Shown here: positions 29,880 to 39,465 of the stretch, one piece after another
Layout: each line of letters begins with the position of its first letter
How positions within the stretch are numbered: the stretch's first letter is position 1
IMG/VR virus record: IMGVR_UViG_3300020165_001964
Direction: 5' to 3' (one strand)
Origin: a virus
DNA length: 64,000 nt
The notes under the pieces: generated by a model
Told to the model about the DNA's origin: nothing
Seen by the model: only the letters and a program-made list of their open reading frames with translations
The model's database searches: none
Made by a program: the position numbers and the translations under genes

Positions 29880-30991
29880 GAAAAGGATTTTGTGTATCAC
29901 CATTTCGATATGCCGAAATAAGAGATAACGGAGATGTTTGGCAGTGTTGTACGAGTTGGATAGAAAAACCAGCTGGTAATATCTTAACAGATAAATGGGA
30001 TGATATTTGGAATAGTAATTACGCAAAAAGATTAAGAAGAAGTATGCACAAAGGTGATTTCTCTATGTGTGATGAAAACTTATGTCCTTACATTCAAAAG
30101 TGGAATAAAGGTGAAGAGGATTATTCAGCATACTTTCCAATATATGATGAATCAACATTTGAAAAGTTATGGGATGCAAAAGAAATAAATCCTAATGGAA
30201 AGAAAAAGTATCAAAATATAATAGAAAACAAAACTATTGATTTACCTTATGGGCCTGAAAGTGTTACATTTGCTCACGATAGAAGTTGTAATTTAGCTTG
30301 TCCATCTTGTAGAAAAGATTTCTTTAAAACAGAGGGTAAAGATAGAGAACAAACTTATAAGATACAAGAGTTAATTATGGGAGAACCTATATGTGATACT
30401 CACGAGGTTTATATAACTAACTCAGGTGATGCATTTGGAGCAGATGTATTTAGAGATTTATTGAAAATGATTAACACTAAAGATTTTCCAAATTTAGTTA
30501 ATTTACATTTACATACAAATGCTAATAGTTGGTCAAGAACACATTGGAATAAACTTAAAAACTTACACGATATTCCAAGATTAACTTGTCATATTAGTAT
30601 TGATGCATGTACAAAAGAAACTTACGAAATAGTAAGAAAAGGTGGTAAGTGGGAAACACTTCAGAAAAACTTAAAGTTTATATTTGAAGATATTCCTAAT
30701 TTAAAATTTATTAGAACATCATTTGTTTGTCAAGATTTAAATTATAAAGAGATGAGTGGTTTTGTAAAATTAATTGATGATTTAAGTTATGGTTCAGATG
30801 CCATAGTTGAAGTAGAGTTTGGACAATTTACTGATTGGGGTGTGAGTTCAAAGGAAATAGTTGAACAAAGACAGATATTTAAGAGAACACATCCTAATTA
30901 TAATTTGTTTTTAGAAGAATATAAAAAAATGTTAAAGTTAGATAAGAATGTACTTATTACAGATAATTTAGATATAGAGGAGTTAACATGA
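29876..30991 (+). CDS. Radical SAM protein with N-terminal SPASM/twitch-like domain
   Basis: CNLACPSC (CxxxCxxC); N-terminal C..GDVWQCC..GNI..IWNS. Confidence 0.85.
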   Translation: MRKGFCVSPFRYAEIRDNGDVWQCCTSWIEKPAGNILTDKWDDIWNSNYAKRLRRSMHKGDFSMCDENLCPYIQKWNKGEEDYSAYFPIYDESTFEKLWDAKEINPNGKKKYQNIIENKTIDLPYGPESVTFAHDRSCNLACPSCRKDFFKTEGKDREQTYKIQELIMGEPICDTHEVYITNSGDAFGADVFRDLLKMINTKDFPNLVNLHLHTNANSWSRTHWNKLKNLHDIPRLTCHISIDACTKETYEIVRKGGKWETLQKNLKFIFEDIPNLKFIRTSFVCQDLNYKEMSGFVKLIDDLSYGSDAIVEVEFGQFTDWGVSSKEIVEQRQIFKRTHPNYNLFLEEYKKMLKLDKNVLITDNLDIEELT

Positions 30992-31224
30992 GTAAAGATA
31001 GAAAATATCAAGAACCACCACAACCTGTGGATATTAGTGATACAGAAACAATAGTTTGTGAAGAGTGTGGAAACGCATCTTTCATACAATCATTCTTTCT
31101 GAAAAGAATATCACCATTAGTATCACCAACAGGTAAAGAAGCAATCGTACCAATACAAGTATTTGCATGTGGTAATTGTGGTTCAATACCAAAGAACATG
31201 ATGAATCAAATTGCAGAGCAATAG
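30988..31224 (+). CDS. Zn-ribbon protein
   Basis: CEECG..CGNCG. Confidence 0.7.
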   Translation: MSKDRKYQEPPQPVDISDTETIVCEECGNASFIQSFFLKRISPLVSPTGKEAIVPIQVFACGNCGSIPKNMMNQIAEQ

Positions 31225-31664
31225 TGTATTACAAAATAGATTTAACTGATTATGAACCACGAGAAACTCATAATTATTTAGAGTTTGATGAGTTTAAATT
31301 TAATCCTTATCAATTAGAAACTATTGAAAAGGAATTAAATAACTTTCAAGATTCATTTGGAAGACCTTGGAAAGAGTGGGATATGTCTGATTTGAAAGAT
31401 AGATTGCAAAACAATTTCACATTTTATTTACTTGAGGGTGGTTGGTGTTTTATAGATTGGGATAAAAAATATCCTTATTTATGTAATCGTTATGTGTTTT
31501 CAGAACACAGAGGCAAAGGGTTAGGAAAAGATTTGGTTTGGTTAAGGTGTAATGAAATCAAAAAACGAGGATTAAATACTGCTTCAATTAAATTAGATTG
31601 GTGGAACACACCAGCATTATCAGTCAAAAAAGATTATATTTTCACCGAAATTGATGGTATTTGA
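31224..31664 (+). CDS. GNAT-family acetyltransferase
   Basis: YVFSEHRGKGLG acetyl-CoA motif and NTPA; probable GTG start. Confidence 0.75.
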   Translation: MYYKIDLTDYEPRETHNYLEFDEFKFNPYQLETIEKELNNFQDSFGRPWKEWDMSDLKDRLQNNFTFYLLEGGWCFIDWDKKYPYLCNRYVFSEHRGKGLGKDLVWLRCNEIKKRGLNTASIKLDWWNTPALSVKKDYIFTEIDGI

Positions 31665-31705
31665 TATTTATATATGAAAAGTTTTATAGAAATTAGGAAA
31701 ACAAT

Positions 31706-33970
31706 ATGTCAACACAGATAACAAGAACAACAGAATTTATTAATCATATTACAGGTAGTGCAGGTAATTGGCCTTCATTATCAAATGCTGGAATTCTTGG
31801 TGGTATAGACTACCTTATAGAAAGTGGTTCCAACGAAGTAAAATTTATAGAAATGAATACCAATATTGGAATTGTTGGTAGTGCAGCAATACAGACAGGT
31901 AGTTACTTCGATGTAATATCAGATTATGTAAATGATAAAGGATACACGACTACTTATGTTTATGGAGTTAATCACAATGGTAAAAAAAATCCATCAACAC
32001 TTCAACAACCATTAATTAGTGCTAGTTTTGCACGACATGATATAACGACTAATTTTGAATATGGTGATAGTCTAACAAGAACATACTTTTTACAAAGAGG
32101 AGACGAAGACCACTTAGATAAGTTTCATTTATGGATGCAAACGCCTTGGTATAGTGATGATAATTTAAAAAGTATAGTTAGTGGTTCATTTGATAAAAAT
32201 ACATTTAGAACATTTTTGGGTAATTCACCATTTAGTTCTTCTTTGATACCATCATTTGATAAGGATAATTATACACCAAATAATAATTATCCAGATTTTG
32301 TAGTTAAAACTGCAACTCAAGATTCGAGTGTTCAAACTAATAAAATTGGTTTTTACACATACAATTCAACAAGTTCAAGTTATCAAAATGGAGTTGATAG
32401 TGGTTCTTTGATAGAAGAATATATTGTTCATAGTGGAAGTTACAGAGATGGACAATCACATTTGGGTGTGGGTAAAATAGAGTTTATGATGACACCAGAA
32501 AAGGTTATTGTGTTTGGTGATAGAGATTCTGGTAGAAATGTTAAACTAAAACCTACAGCAACAGATAGTTGGGATTATATAGGGCAAAAAGCAAAAACAT
32601 CTGCGAGTGGTAGTTTAATTAAAATGTATGATGGTTCAACAAAACAGGTTCAAGATGTTGAAGTTGGGGATGTTGTTTTAAGTTATCAACCATATGGAAT
32701 GCCAGATGAATCAAAAGATTATTTATCTTACACCACAACAGATTTAAGTGGTTCTACAACACAAGGTTCTATTGTTGTAGATGTAATGAACACCGAAAAT
32801 TATGGATATTATTTAATCAATGGTAGTATTAAAGCACCTTATAATTTACAACAGGCTAGTAGTGATATTAGATATTTTGTAAAACAAGGAGATACTTGGG
32901 AATGGATAACAACAGATGCTATTAGAACTGGAGATTATCTTTTAGACACAAGTGGTAATGAAACAGAAGTTACATCAAAGACAGAACATGATGGTGATAC
33001 ACTTTGGTATGCACTTGATGTAGAGGATATTGATACTTACTTCCAATCAAATATATTGGTTCACAATATTCCACCAAAGTGTTTTGTAGCAGGAACACCA
33101 ATCACTATGGGTGATGGAACTACAAAAGTTATTGAAAGAATTGAAATCGGTGATGAAGTTATGAATTATAATTTCAAAGATGAAGAAGTTCAGACAGGTA
33201 AAGTTACCACGATTGATACACCAACACACGCAGATATTATAGAGATTAGTTTTGGTGATAAGAAGACAAAGAATACATTTGACCATCCATATTGGGTAGT
33301 TGGAAAAGGTTGGAGTTCATATAAACCAGAGTGGACTAAAAAACGATATGATATAGAATCAAATCAATTAGAAATTGGTGATAAGTGTTTAGAACTTCGT
33401 GATGGTAAATTAGTGGAAAGAGAAATTACTAATATTGTTGAAGATATAAATCCAGTCCAAACTTATTCATTAGAAATAACAACAAACCATAACTATTTTG
33501 CAAATGATGTATTAGTTCATAACAAATTTTGTTTAATGGAAGACCAAGTTATTAATATGGGAGATGGTGTTTATAAAAGAATTGATGAGATAGAATTAGG
33601 TGAAAGTATTTTACAATACGATGAAGAAACTGAAGAGTTTAAAGAGGGTAAAGTAAATATGATAAGAAAGAAACTACATGATAATTGTTATGGAATCAAA
33701 GTTGAAAGTGGACAAACAATTAAAGCAACTGATAACCATCCATTTTTATTGAGAGATAAAGGTTGGTCTACAATTGCTGAGAACAATCCAATGTTTTTAC
33801 AAGATGGTGGTGGTATTATAAAAGTTGGTGATTATGTTAGAGATATAGATGGATGGGTAGAAATTGTAGAAATCAATAAAATTGAGGGAGAATATATAAC
33901 ATATAACTTGTTAGAACAAGATTATGGAACTATTATTGCTCATGATATTGTAACTCACAATTCACCTTAA
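31706..33970 (+). CDS. Putative permuted ATP-grasp domain fused to three tandem Hint (intein-like) domains
   Basis: Hint1 aa298-454 ending LVHN; Hint2 aa459-606 (CFVAGT..TFDHP..LVHN); Hint3 aa609-752 (CL..TDNHP..VTHN). N-domain has GIDY..FIEMNTN before PDFVVK..LIEEYI. Confidence 0.8.
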   Translation: MSTQITRTTEFINHITGSAGNWPSLSNAGILGGIDYLIESGSNEVKFIEMNTNIGIVGSAAIQTGSYFDVISDYVNDKGYTTTYVYGVNHNGKKNPSTLQQPLISASFARHDITTNFEYGDSLTRTYFLQRGDEDHLDKFHLWMQTPWYSDDNLKSIVSGSFDKNTFRTFLGNSPFSSSLIPSFDKDNYTPNNNYPDFVVKTATQDSSVQTNKIGFYTYNSTSSSYQNGVDSGSLIEEYIVHSGSYRDGQSHLGVGKIEFMMTPEKVIVFGDRDSGRNVKLKPTATDSWDYIGQKAKTSASGSLIKMYDGSTKQVQDVEVGDVVLSYQPYGMPDESKDYLSYTTTDLSGSTTQGSIVVDVMNTENYGYYLINGSIKAPYNLQQASSDIRYFVKQGDTWEWITTDAIRTGDYLLDTSGNETEVTSKTEHDGDTLWYALDVEDIDTYFQSNILVHNIPPKCFVAGTPITMGDGTTKVIERIEIGDEVMNYNFKDEEVQTGKVTTIDTPTHADIIEISFGDKKTKNTFDHPYWVVGKGWSSYKPEWTKKRYDIESNQLEIGDKCLELRDGKLVEREITNIVEDINPVQTYSLEITTNHNYFANDVLVHNKFCLMEDQVINMGDGVYKRIDEIELGESILQYDEETEEFKEGKVNMIRKKLHDNCYGIKVESGQTIKATDNHPFLLRDKGWSTIAENNPMFLQDGGGIIKVGDYVRDIDGWVEIVEINKIEGEYITYNLLEQDYGTIIAHDIVTHNSP

Positions 33971-33992
33971 TAGAAACTAAAAAGGTTGTAGG

Positions 33993-34619
33993 ATGGGAAA
34001 ATATAAACATAATAATAATTTCAAGTATTCAATTCAAATACCAAATTTCTTATCACATGAAAAGTGTGATGAAATAATTAAACAAGTTACAGATACAGAA
34101 GAACAAGTTGTAGGTTGTGTTGGTGATGAAAAGGGTAGTGTAATCATACCAGAAATCAGACAAACAAAAGAATGGTATTTAACAGACCAACCATTAAATG
34201 ATATGAGACCTGATAAAACTGCCAATGATTGGGGTTGGATACAGAAGAAAATGTACACGATTATTCAAATGGTAAATAAAGATATTTTCAAATTTGATAT
34301 CAGAGGTTATCATGATGAGTTAAAACTAATAGAATACCAAGATGGTGGTTTCTATGGTTGGCATACAGATTTTAATGCAGGTTATTGTTCAGTAAGAAAG
34401 TTAGTAGGAATAATTCAATTAACAGACCCGAGTGAATATGAGGGTGGAGATGTTCAATTCGGTATCCAAGATAAAAATACAAAAGAATGGTACACTATGG
34501 AGAAGAAAAAAGGCTCACTAACAATCTTTCCAACATTCTTATCACACAATGTAACACCAGTCACTAAAGGTAAACGACATGTAATTCAAGAATTATTTGT
34601 AGGAGACCATTTTAGGTGA
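33993..34619 (+). CDS. 2OG-Fe(II) oxygenase (P4H/PKHD-like)
   Basis: WHTD..YEGG..HNVTPVTKGKR. Confidence 0.92.
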   Translation: MGKYKHNNNFKYSIQIPNFLSHEKCDEIIKQVTDTEEQVVGCVGDEKGSVIIPEIRQTKEWYLTDQPLNDMRPDKTANDWGWIQKKMYTIIQMVNKDIFKFDIRGYHDELKLIEYQDGGFYGWHTDFNAGYCSVRKLVGIIQLTDPSEYEGGDVQFGIQDKNTKEWYTMEKKKGSLTIFPTFLSHNVTPVTKGKRHVIQELFVGDHFR

Positions 34620-35149
34620 TTGCAAATAAAAACTTTGAGTGGTTTTTAGTTAGAGATAACTTTTTATCATCTCAAGAGTGTGATGATGAAATTAAGTTTA
34701 TAGATAGTAATGTAAAAAAAGATAATTTTGTTTCGGGTGATATGCATGATTGTAAAAATGTTGATATAGAAAATGAAAAATTATTAGATAGACTATGGAA
34801 AGTAGTAAAACTATCTAACACATTGGTATATAAATTTGATATATCAGGTATTCAAGGTTCTTGTGGGAAGTTATATTCAGTAGATACATTTACAGCAGAT
34901 GATAATTATCATACAGACTTTGCAGCAGGAGATGGAAGTGTTGTTAATAGTTGTACTAAATTATCTTGTTTAATATTTTTAAATGATGATTTTGAGGATG
35001 GTGGATTACAAATTTGGAACGATAAAATAGATGCTAAAAAAGGTAGGTTAGTTATATTTCCATCATTTGCAGCACATAAAGTTTTACAATTTAGTGAAAA
35101 GGATAGATACACATTAATAACTTTCATAGGGGGCAATACTTTTAAATGA
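34616..35149 (+). CDS. 2OG-Fe(II) oxygenase
   Basis: YHTD..FLNDDFEDG..HKV..DRY. Confidence 0.88.
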   Translation: MIANKNFEWFLVRDNFLSSQECDDEIKFIDSNVKKDNFVSGDMHDCKNVDIENEKLLDRLWKVVKLSNTLVYKFDISGIQGSCGKLYSVDTFTADDNYHTDFAAGDGSVVNSCTKLSCLIFLNDDFEDGGLQIWNDKIDAKKGRLVIFPSFAAHKVLQFSEKDRYTLITFIGGNTFK

Positions 35150-35757
35150 AATATAAAAATATAAACATGGAAGAGTTGAAGATAAACCAAGATTTTAGAT
35201 GGTTTATTACAAGACCTAATTTCTTTTCAAAGGATGAATGTGAATATATGATAAAACATATAGATAAGACCTCAACAAGAAAGAAAGGACATTATACTGA
35301 AAACCGAGAAGATAGTTCATCATTGACTTGGGATACAACAGAGGATAGTAATGTTTGTATGTTAAACATTAGTAGAACAGAAGAGCAAAAGTATCTTGAT
35401 AAGTTTTGGAGTGCAATACAAATTGCAAACATAACAACATTCAAATATAATTTAAGTGGAATATTTGAAAATAGAGTACAGGCACACAGATATGATGTAG
35501 GTGATTGGTATAATCCACATGCGGATTTTCACTCAATACAAAAGTTTAGTTCAGTAAAATTAACTTGTATTGTATTTTTAAACGACCAACAAGATTATGA
35601 GGGTGGTGAGTTCAGAATGTTTGACGGAACAATCATAGAACCAGAAGTGGGGAAATTAATTATACATCCCGCATTTGCAGGACACGAGGTTAAACCAGTT
35701 ACAAAGGGTGAGAGATATTCTTGTGTTTGTTGGGCAGTAGGAGATACTTTCGTATGA
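35146..35757 (+). CDS. 2OG-Fe(II) oxygenase
   Basis: PHAD..YEGGEF..HEVKPVTKGER. Confidence 0.92.
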   Translation: MKYKNINMEELKINQDFRWFITRPNFFSKDECEYMIKHIDKTSTRKKGHYTENREDSSSLTWDTTEDSNVCMLNISRTEEQKYLDKFWSAIQIANITTFKYNLSGIFENRVQAHRYDVGDWYNPHADFHSIQKFSSVKLTCIVFLNDQQDYEGGEFRMFDGTIIEPEVGKLIIHPAFAGHEVKPVTKGERYSCVCWAVGDTFV

Positions 35758-36323
35758 TACAAAATGATAATTTTAAATTTGTAGTACATAAAGAGAATTT
35801 TTTATCTAATTCACAATGTGATAACTTGATAAAATATTTGGATGAAGTAAATCCAAATGATTCAGAACTTGCAGGAAAGTATGATGAAAATATTTTAAAT
35901 AAAAAGGTTCGTAACAATAAAGAAGTTATATTCAAAGATGATAAATTAAGAAATAAACTAAAAATGATTTTTGAATTATCAAACTTATCAATTTGGAATT
36001 TTGATATACAGAAAATGGAAGATGTAAAACTTTTAAAGTATGATGTTGGTGGTAAATATGAATGGCATACTGATTGTGGTTCCAAGAAAACTTCTAAAAG
36101 AAAACTAACTGCCATTGTTCAGTTATCAGATGAAACAACATACGAGGGTGGAGATTTAGAATTTGGAATCACCGAAGATTCAGGTGGGAAAAATTATACT
36201 GCACCAAGAGAGAGAGGGAGTATCACAATATTTCCTGCGTTCTTATCACATAGAGTAACACCAATCACTAAAGGAACTCGTTACTCATTAATAACTTGGA
36301 TGTTGGGAAATGCATTTAAATAA
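35754..36323 (+). CDS. 2OG-Fe(II) oxygenase
   Basis: WHTD..YEGGDL..HRVTPITKGTR; ATG at 35754 overlaps the upstream stop. Confidence 0.92.
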   Translation: MIQNDNFKFVVHKENFLSNSQCDNLIKYLDEVNPNDSELAGKYDENILNKKVRNNKEVIFKDDKLRNKLKMIFELSNLSIWNFDIQKMEDVKLLKYDVGGKYEWHTDCGSKKTSKRKLTAIVQLSDETTYEGGDLEFGITEDSGGKNYTAPRERGSITIFPAFLSHRVTPITKGTRYSLITWMLGNAFK

Positions 36324-36951
36324 AGTATTAGTATTAGGTTGTAGTCGTAGTGGAACAACAGAGTTTTGTAAAACACTACAAGAAGTTTCATCAAAGAAAT
36401 TTGTATGGGAGTTTGGATTTGATGACAATCTCAATAGATTAGTTAGTAGTTTAGGCATTACAGAATTTTTAGATAGAATATACAAAGATAAAAATACTCT
36501 TGGAATCAAGTATGGTGTTTATCCACAGAAAAAAATACATTTAGATTTGATAGATTCTCATGATATTGTTTTTTTCTTATCAAGAAGAAATGTATTTGAA
36601 CAGGCAATTTCATTGAACTTAGCAAAAAGAACGGATAAGTGGAGACCAATAGATTTTGGAGTTGAAACATTTTCACAAAAAGAAAAAGATGAATACAACA
36701 AGTTAAAAATTGAAAAGATTGAGGTTGAAGATATAAAAAAAGATATACAAGGTATTAAAGAAGCATCAATCAAGGTTATTGATTATTTAAAAACTCACAA
36801 GAGTTCAAGGGTATTATTTTATGAAGATTTATTTGGATTCTTTTCAGGTGTGAAATTAAATACACAAAAGAATTATAAAAATATTGAGAACTGGCAAGAA
36901 CTAAAAACTTTTTACGAACAGAATAAAGATTTTTGTCATTTTCACTTATAA
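36310..36951 (+). CDS. Sulfotransferase (Stf0-like)
   Basis: LGCSRSGTT PAPS-binding loop, RRNVFEQAIS and YEDL. Confidence 0.8.
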   Translation: MHLNKVLVLGCSRSGTTEFCKTLQEVSSKKFVWEFGFDDNLNRLVSSLGITEFLDRIYKDKNTLGIKYGVYPQKKIHLDLIDSHDIVFFLSRRNVFEQAISLNLAKRTDKWRPIDFGVETFSQKEKDEYNKLKIEKIEVEDIKKDIQGIKEASIKVIDYLKTHKSSRVLFYEDLFGFFSGVKLNTQKNYKNIENWQELKTFYEQNKDFCHFHL

Positions 36952-36983
36952 GTTTTATACTTATTTATATCTAAAAGGTTATT

Positions 36984-37415
36984 ATGAAAACAAAATCGTT
37001 ATTCGACCATATAAAACAAATTACTAATGTACAAAATCCAATGTATTGGGAATCACTTGATGAGGGTGATAAAAAAACTTGGAGTAACTACATGGTTCAT
37101 CGCTTTCTTAGTATGAAATCAGAGTGGTTGGTTGTAGTAAATGAAATACAAAAGTATTGGGAGTTGGCTCCTAAGAATGTGTATCAGTTTTACACCGATG
37201 TACTACCAAAGGGTAGAACATTCTTAAGGTATGTGAAATCAAAAAAGAAATCTAAAGTAGAGAAGTGGGCAATGGAACATTTAGTAGATTACTTTGAATG
37301 TAGTACACGAGAAGTAGAACAGCACTTAGATATTTTGACTAAAGAACAAGTTACCACCATCATTATGAAATATGGTGTAGATGATAAACAATTGAAAAAG
37401 ATATGGAGTAAGTAA
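36984..37415 (+). CDS. Clamp loader small subunit (gp62-like)
   Basis: SLFDHIKQI..YMVHRFLSM..YFECS pattern typical of gp62 homologues. Confidence 0.75.
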   Translation: MKTKSLFDHIKQITNVQNPMYWESLDEGDKKTWSNYMVHRFLSMKSEWLVVVNEIQKYWELAPKNVYQFYTDVLPKGRTFLRYVKSKKKSKVEKWAMEHLVDYFECSTREVEQHLDILTKEQVTTIIMKYGVDDKQLKKIWSK

Positions 37416-38207
37416 TTGGTGGAGAATATCTATTGGACTGGTGGATTTGATTCTACATTCTTAGTTTGTAAAAGGTTAATTATAGAAAAGAAACCAATTG
37501 AAACATACTATTTGAATTTCCCATGTGATGGTTACCAGCATAACTATAATAGATTTGATTCAAGTAATTTTCATAATTGTATGATTGATAATGAATTGAA
37601 TGCTGTTGATAATGACCCATATGGTAGAAAAAGTTATGGTAGATATAGTAGATTAGTAGAAGTAGAAGTAATGAATAAATTAAGAGAAATGATTATCGAT
37701 AAATTCCCATACACCAAAGAGTTGTTTCCTAAAGTGAATTTGGTTAAAGAATTTGAAATTGATTCTGAAGTTCTAAATGATTCAAAAGTTATTTGTGATG
37801 AGTATAATTCAAGACCTGATAGACCAGACCAAAGTTTGTATATGATACAATTCTCTTTAGATTTAGATGAAGATATATCTGTTGCGTGGGAAGCAGATAA
37901 GGATGGAGAAGATTATTGTTTATCAACACGATTGGTACGAAAGCATTTAAATAAAAAGTTTAAGGTACATAGTGATTCGATAAAAGAATTATGGTTGTAT
38001 AAGAATTGGGTATTACCATTAGTAGAAACTTATAGAGAAGAGATGGTCAACATGGCACAATCTTCTAATTTCATAGATATCTTGAAACATACTTGGTCTT
38101 GTAGGTTTCCAAAGAAAAACGGAGATGTTTGTGATGATTGTACATTAGATATTAAGGAACTGAATAGAGTTGATAATTACAAGGATATATTATGTACGAC
38201 TATTTAA
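37416..38207 (+). CDS. QueC-like PP-loop ATPase
   Basis: WTGGFDST PP-loop and TWSC..CDDC cysteine cluster. Confidence 0.7.
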   Translation: MVENIYWTGGFDSTFLVCKRLIIEKKPIETYYLNFPCDGYQHNYNRFDSSNFHNCMIDNELNAVDNDPYGRKSYGRYSRLVEVEVMNKLREMIIDKFPYTKELFPKVNLVKEFEIDSEVLNDSKVICDEYNSRPDRPDQSLYMIQFSLDLDEDISVAWEADKDGEDYCLSTRLVRKHLNKKFKVHSDSIKELWLYKNWVLPLVETYREEMVNMAQSSNFIDILKHTWSCRFPKKNGDVCDDCTLDIKELNRVDNYKDILCTTI

Positions 38208-39448
38208 AAGAAATTCCACCAGAGTATAAGGAAAAATATAAAAATTCAGTTAATAATGCTCTATCTACACCTTTCGGAACTCAAGAAAGATATGATTTTG
38301 TAAAATATCAATTAGTTATAATTGCGTATAAAGAAGAGAATTTTATAGGTGAATGTGTAGAATCACTTATTAATCAAACTGCTTCACCTCATGAATTTGA
38401 AGTATTAATTATAAATAATTGTTCAGTAGAAGAAGAATTAGATAATACTGAAATGGTAGTTAAAGAGAAATTAGATAAATACAAATATGATAATATACAT
38501 TTAATAAATGTAAAGTTTCCCAAAGAAATACAAGGTGCAGCCTTAGCAGCAAAATTTGGAATAGATGTTGCATTACATAGATGGAGTAATTATGAGGATT
38601 TTAATGATGGAATAGTTGCATTTCTTGGAGCAGATAATATTTTTGAAAATCATTATGTTGAGGAAGTAATAAAAACATTTGAGAATCCATCAAACTATAA
38701 AAACCCACATCAATTGAATCCGATAGAAGAGGATACATTAGATATATTGGTAACGAATTGTGATAATTATAAGTTTACCAGTTCTGATAATATAATTAAT
38801 ATTTCAGTATTGAAACCTTATCTAAATAAATTGGATGTTATGAATGAGTTATTGGGAAAGTGGTACTTTAAAAATTTTGATATAAATTGGGGAGTAAAAA
38901 AAGAAACCAAAAAAACCTTAGATGATAATTTATTGTATAGAGAGGATGATGGAACTTCAGTATGGCCCAAAACATTTAGAGCATCAACATATAATGATTT
39001 AGGTGGAATTGGAATTCAACCACAAGAAGAGCAGTCTATAATCATAAAGGCCGTAGTAAATAATTGTGTTTTCAAATATAATGATATGACAAATTATACT
39101 CATGTACATAGATTAGAAAAACCAAGAGTACCCGATGGTAGTATATCACAATGGTATTATGATAGTGCTCAAGCTTATATTAATAAGTCTGAATTAGAAG
39201 CCTACTCTCTTGATTATTGGACGATGAGAAACAACATTGAAAAGTATTTTTACGAAAAAAAATTCTATAGTGGTTGGAGACCAAAGTTTTTTTCAGAACA
39301 AGACTTAGATAAAATATTAAAAGAGTCAGGAGAATCATATTTATATTTTAGAAATAAGTTTATTCACCAATATCAAGGTGAGATAAATAAGATTTACAAA
39401 AAACAAAACATCAATAAAGTTATTGATGACATAAAGAAAAACCTATAA
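38192..39448 (+). CDS. GT-A fold (GT2-like) glycosyltransferase
   Basis: VIIAYKEENFIGECVESL..VLIINN..FLGAD. Confidence 0.7.
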   Translation: MYDYLKEIPPEYKEKYKNSVNNALSTPFGTQERYDFVKYQLVIIAYKEENFIGECVESLINQTASPHEFEVLIINNCSVEEELDNTEMVVKEKLDKYKYDNIHLINVKFPKEIQGAALAAKFGIDVALHRWSNYEDFNDGIVAFLGADNIFENHYVEEVIKTFENPSNYKNPHQLNPIEEDTLDILVTNCDNYKFTSSDNIINISVLKPYLNKLDVMNELLGKWYFKNFDINWGVKKETKKTLDDNLLYREDDGTSVWPKTFRASTYNDLGGIGIQPQEEQSIIIKAVVNNCVFKYNDMTNYTHVHRLEKPRVPDGSISQWYYDSAQAYINKSELEAYSLDYWTMRNNIEKYFYEKKFYSGWRPKFFSEQDLDKILKESGESYLYFRNKFIHQYQGEINKIYKKQNINKVIDDIKKNL

Positions 39449-39465
39449 ACGAAGTGGAGTAAAAA

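Noticed and set aside
32597-33961. Ordinary selfish inteins in a conserved gene
   Set aside because: No homing endonuclease, two of three lack a +1 nucleophile, and the intervening exteins are only 2-4 residues.
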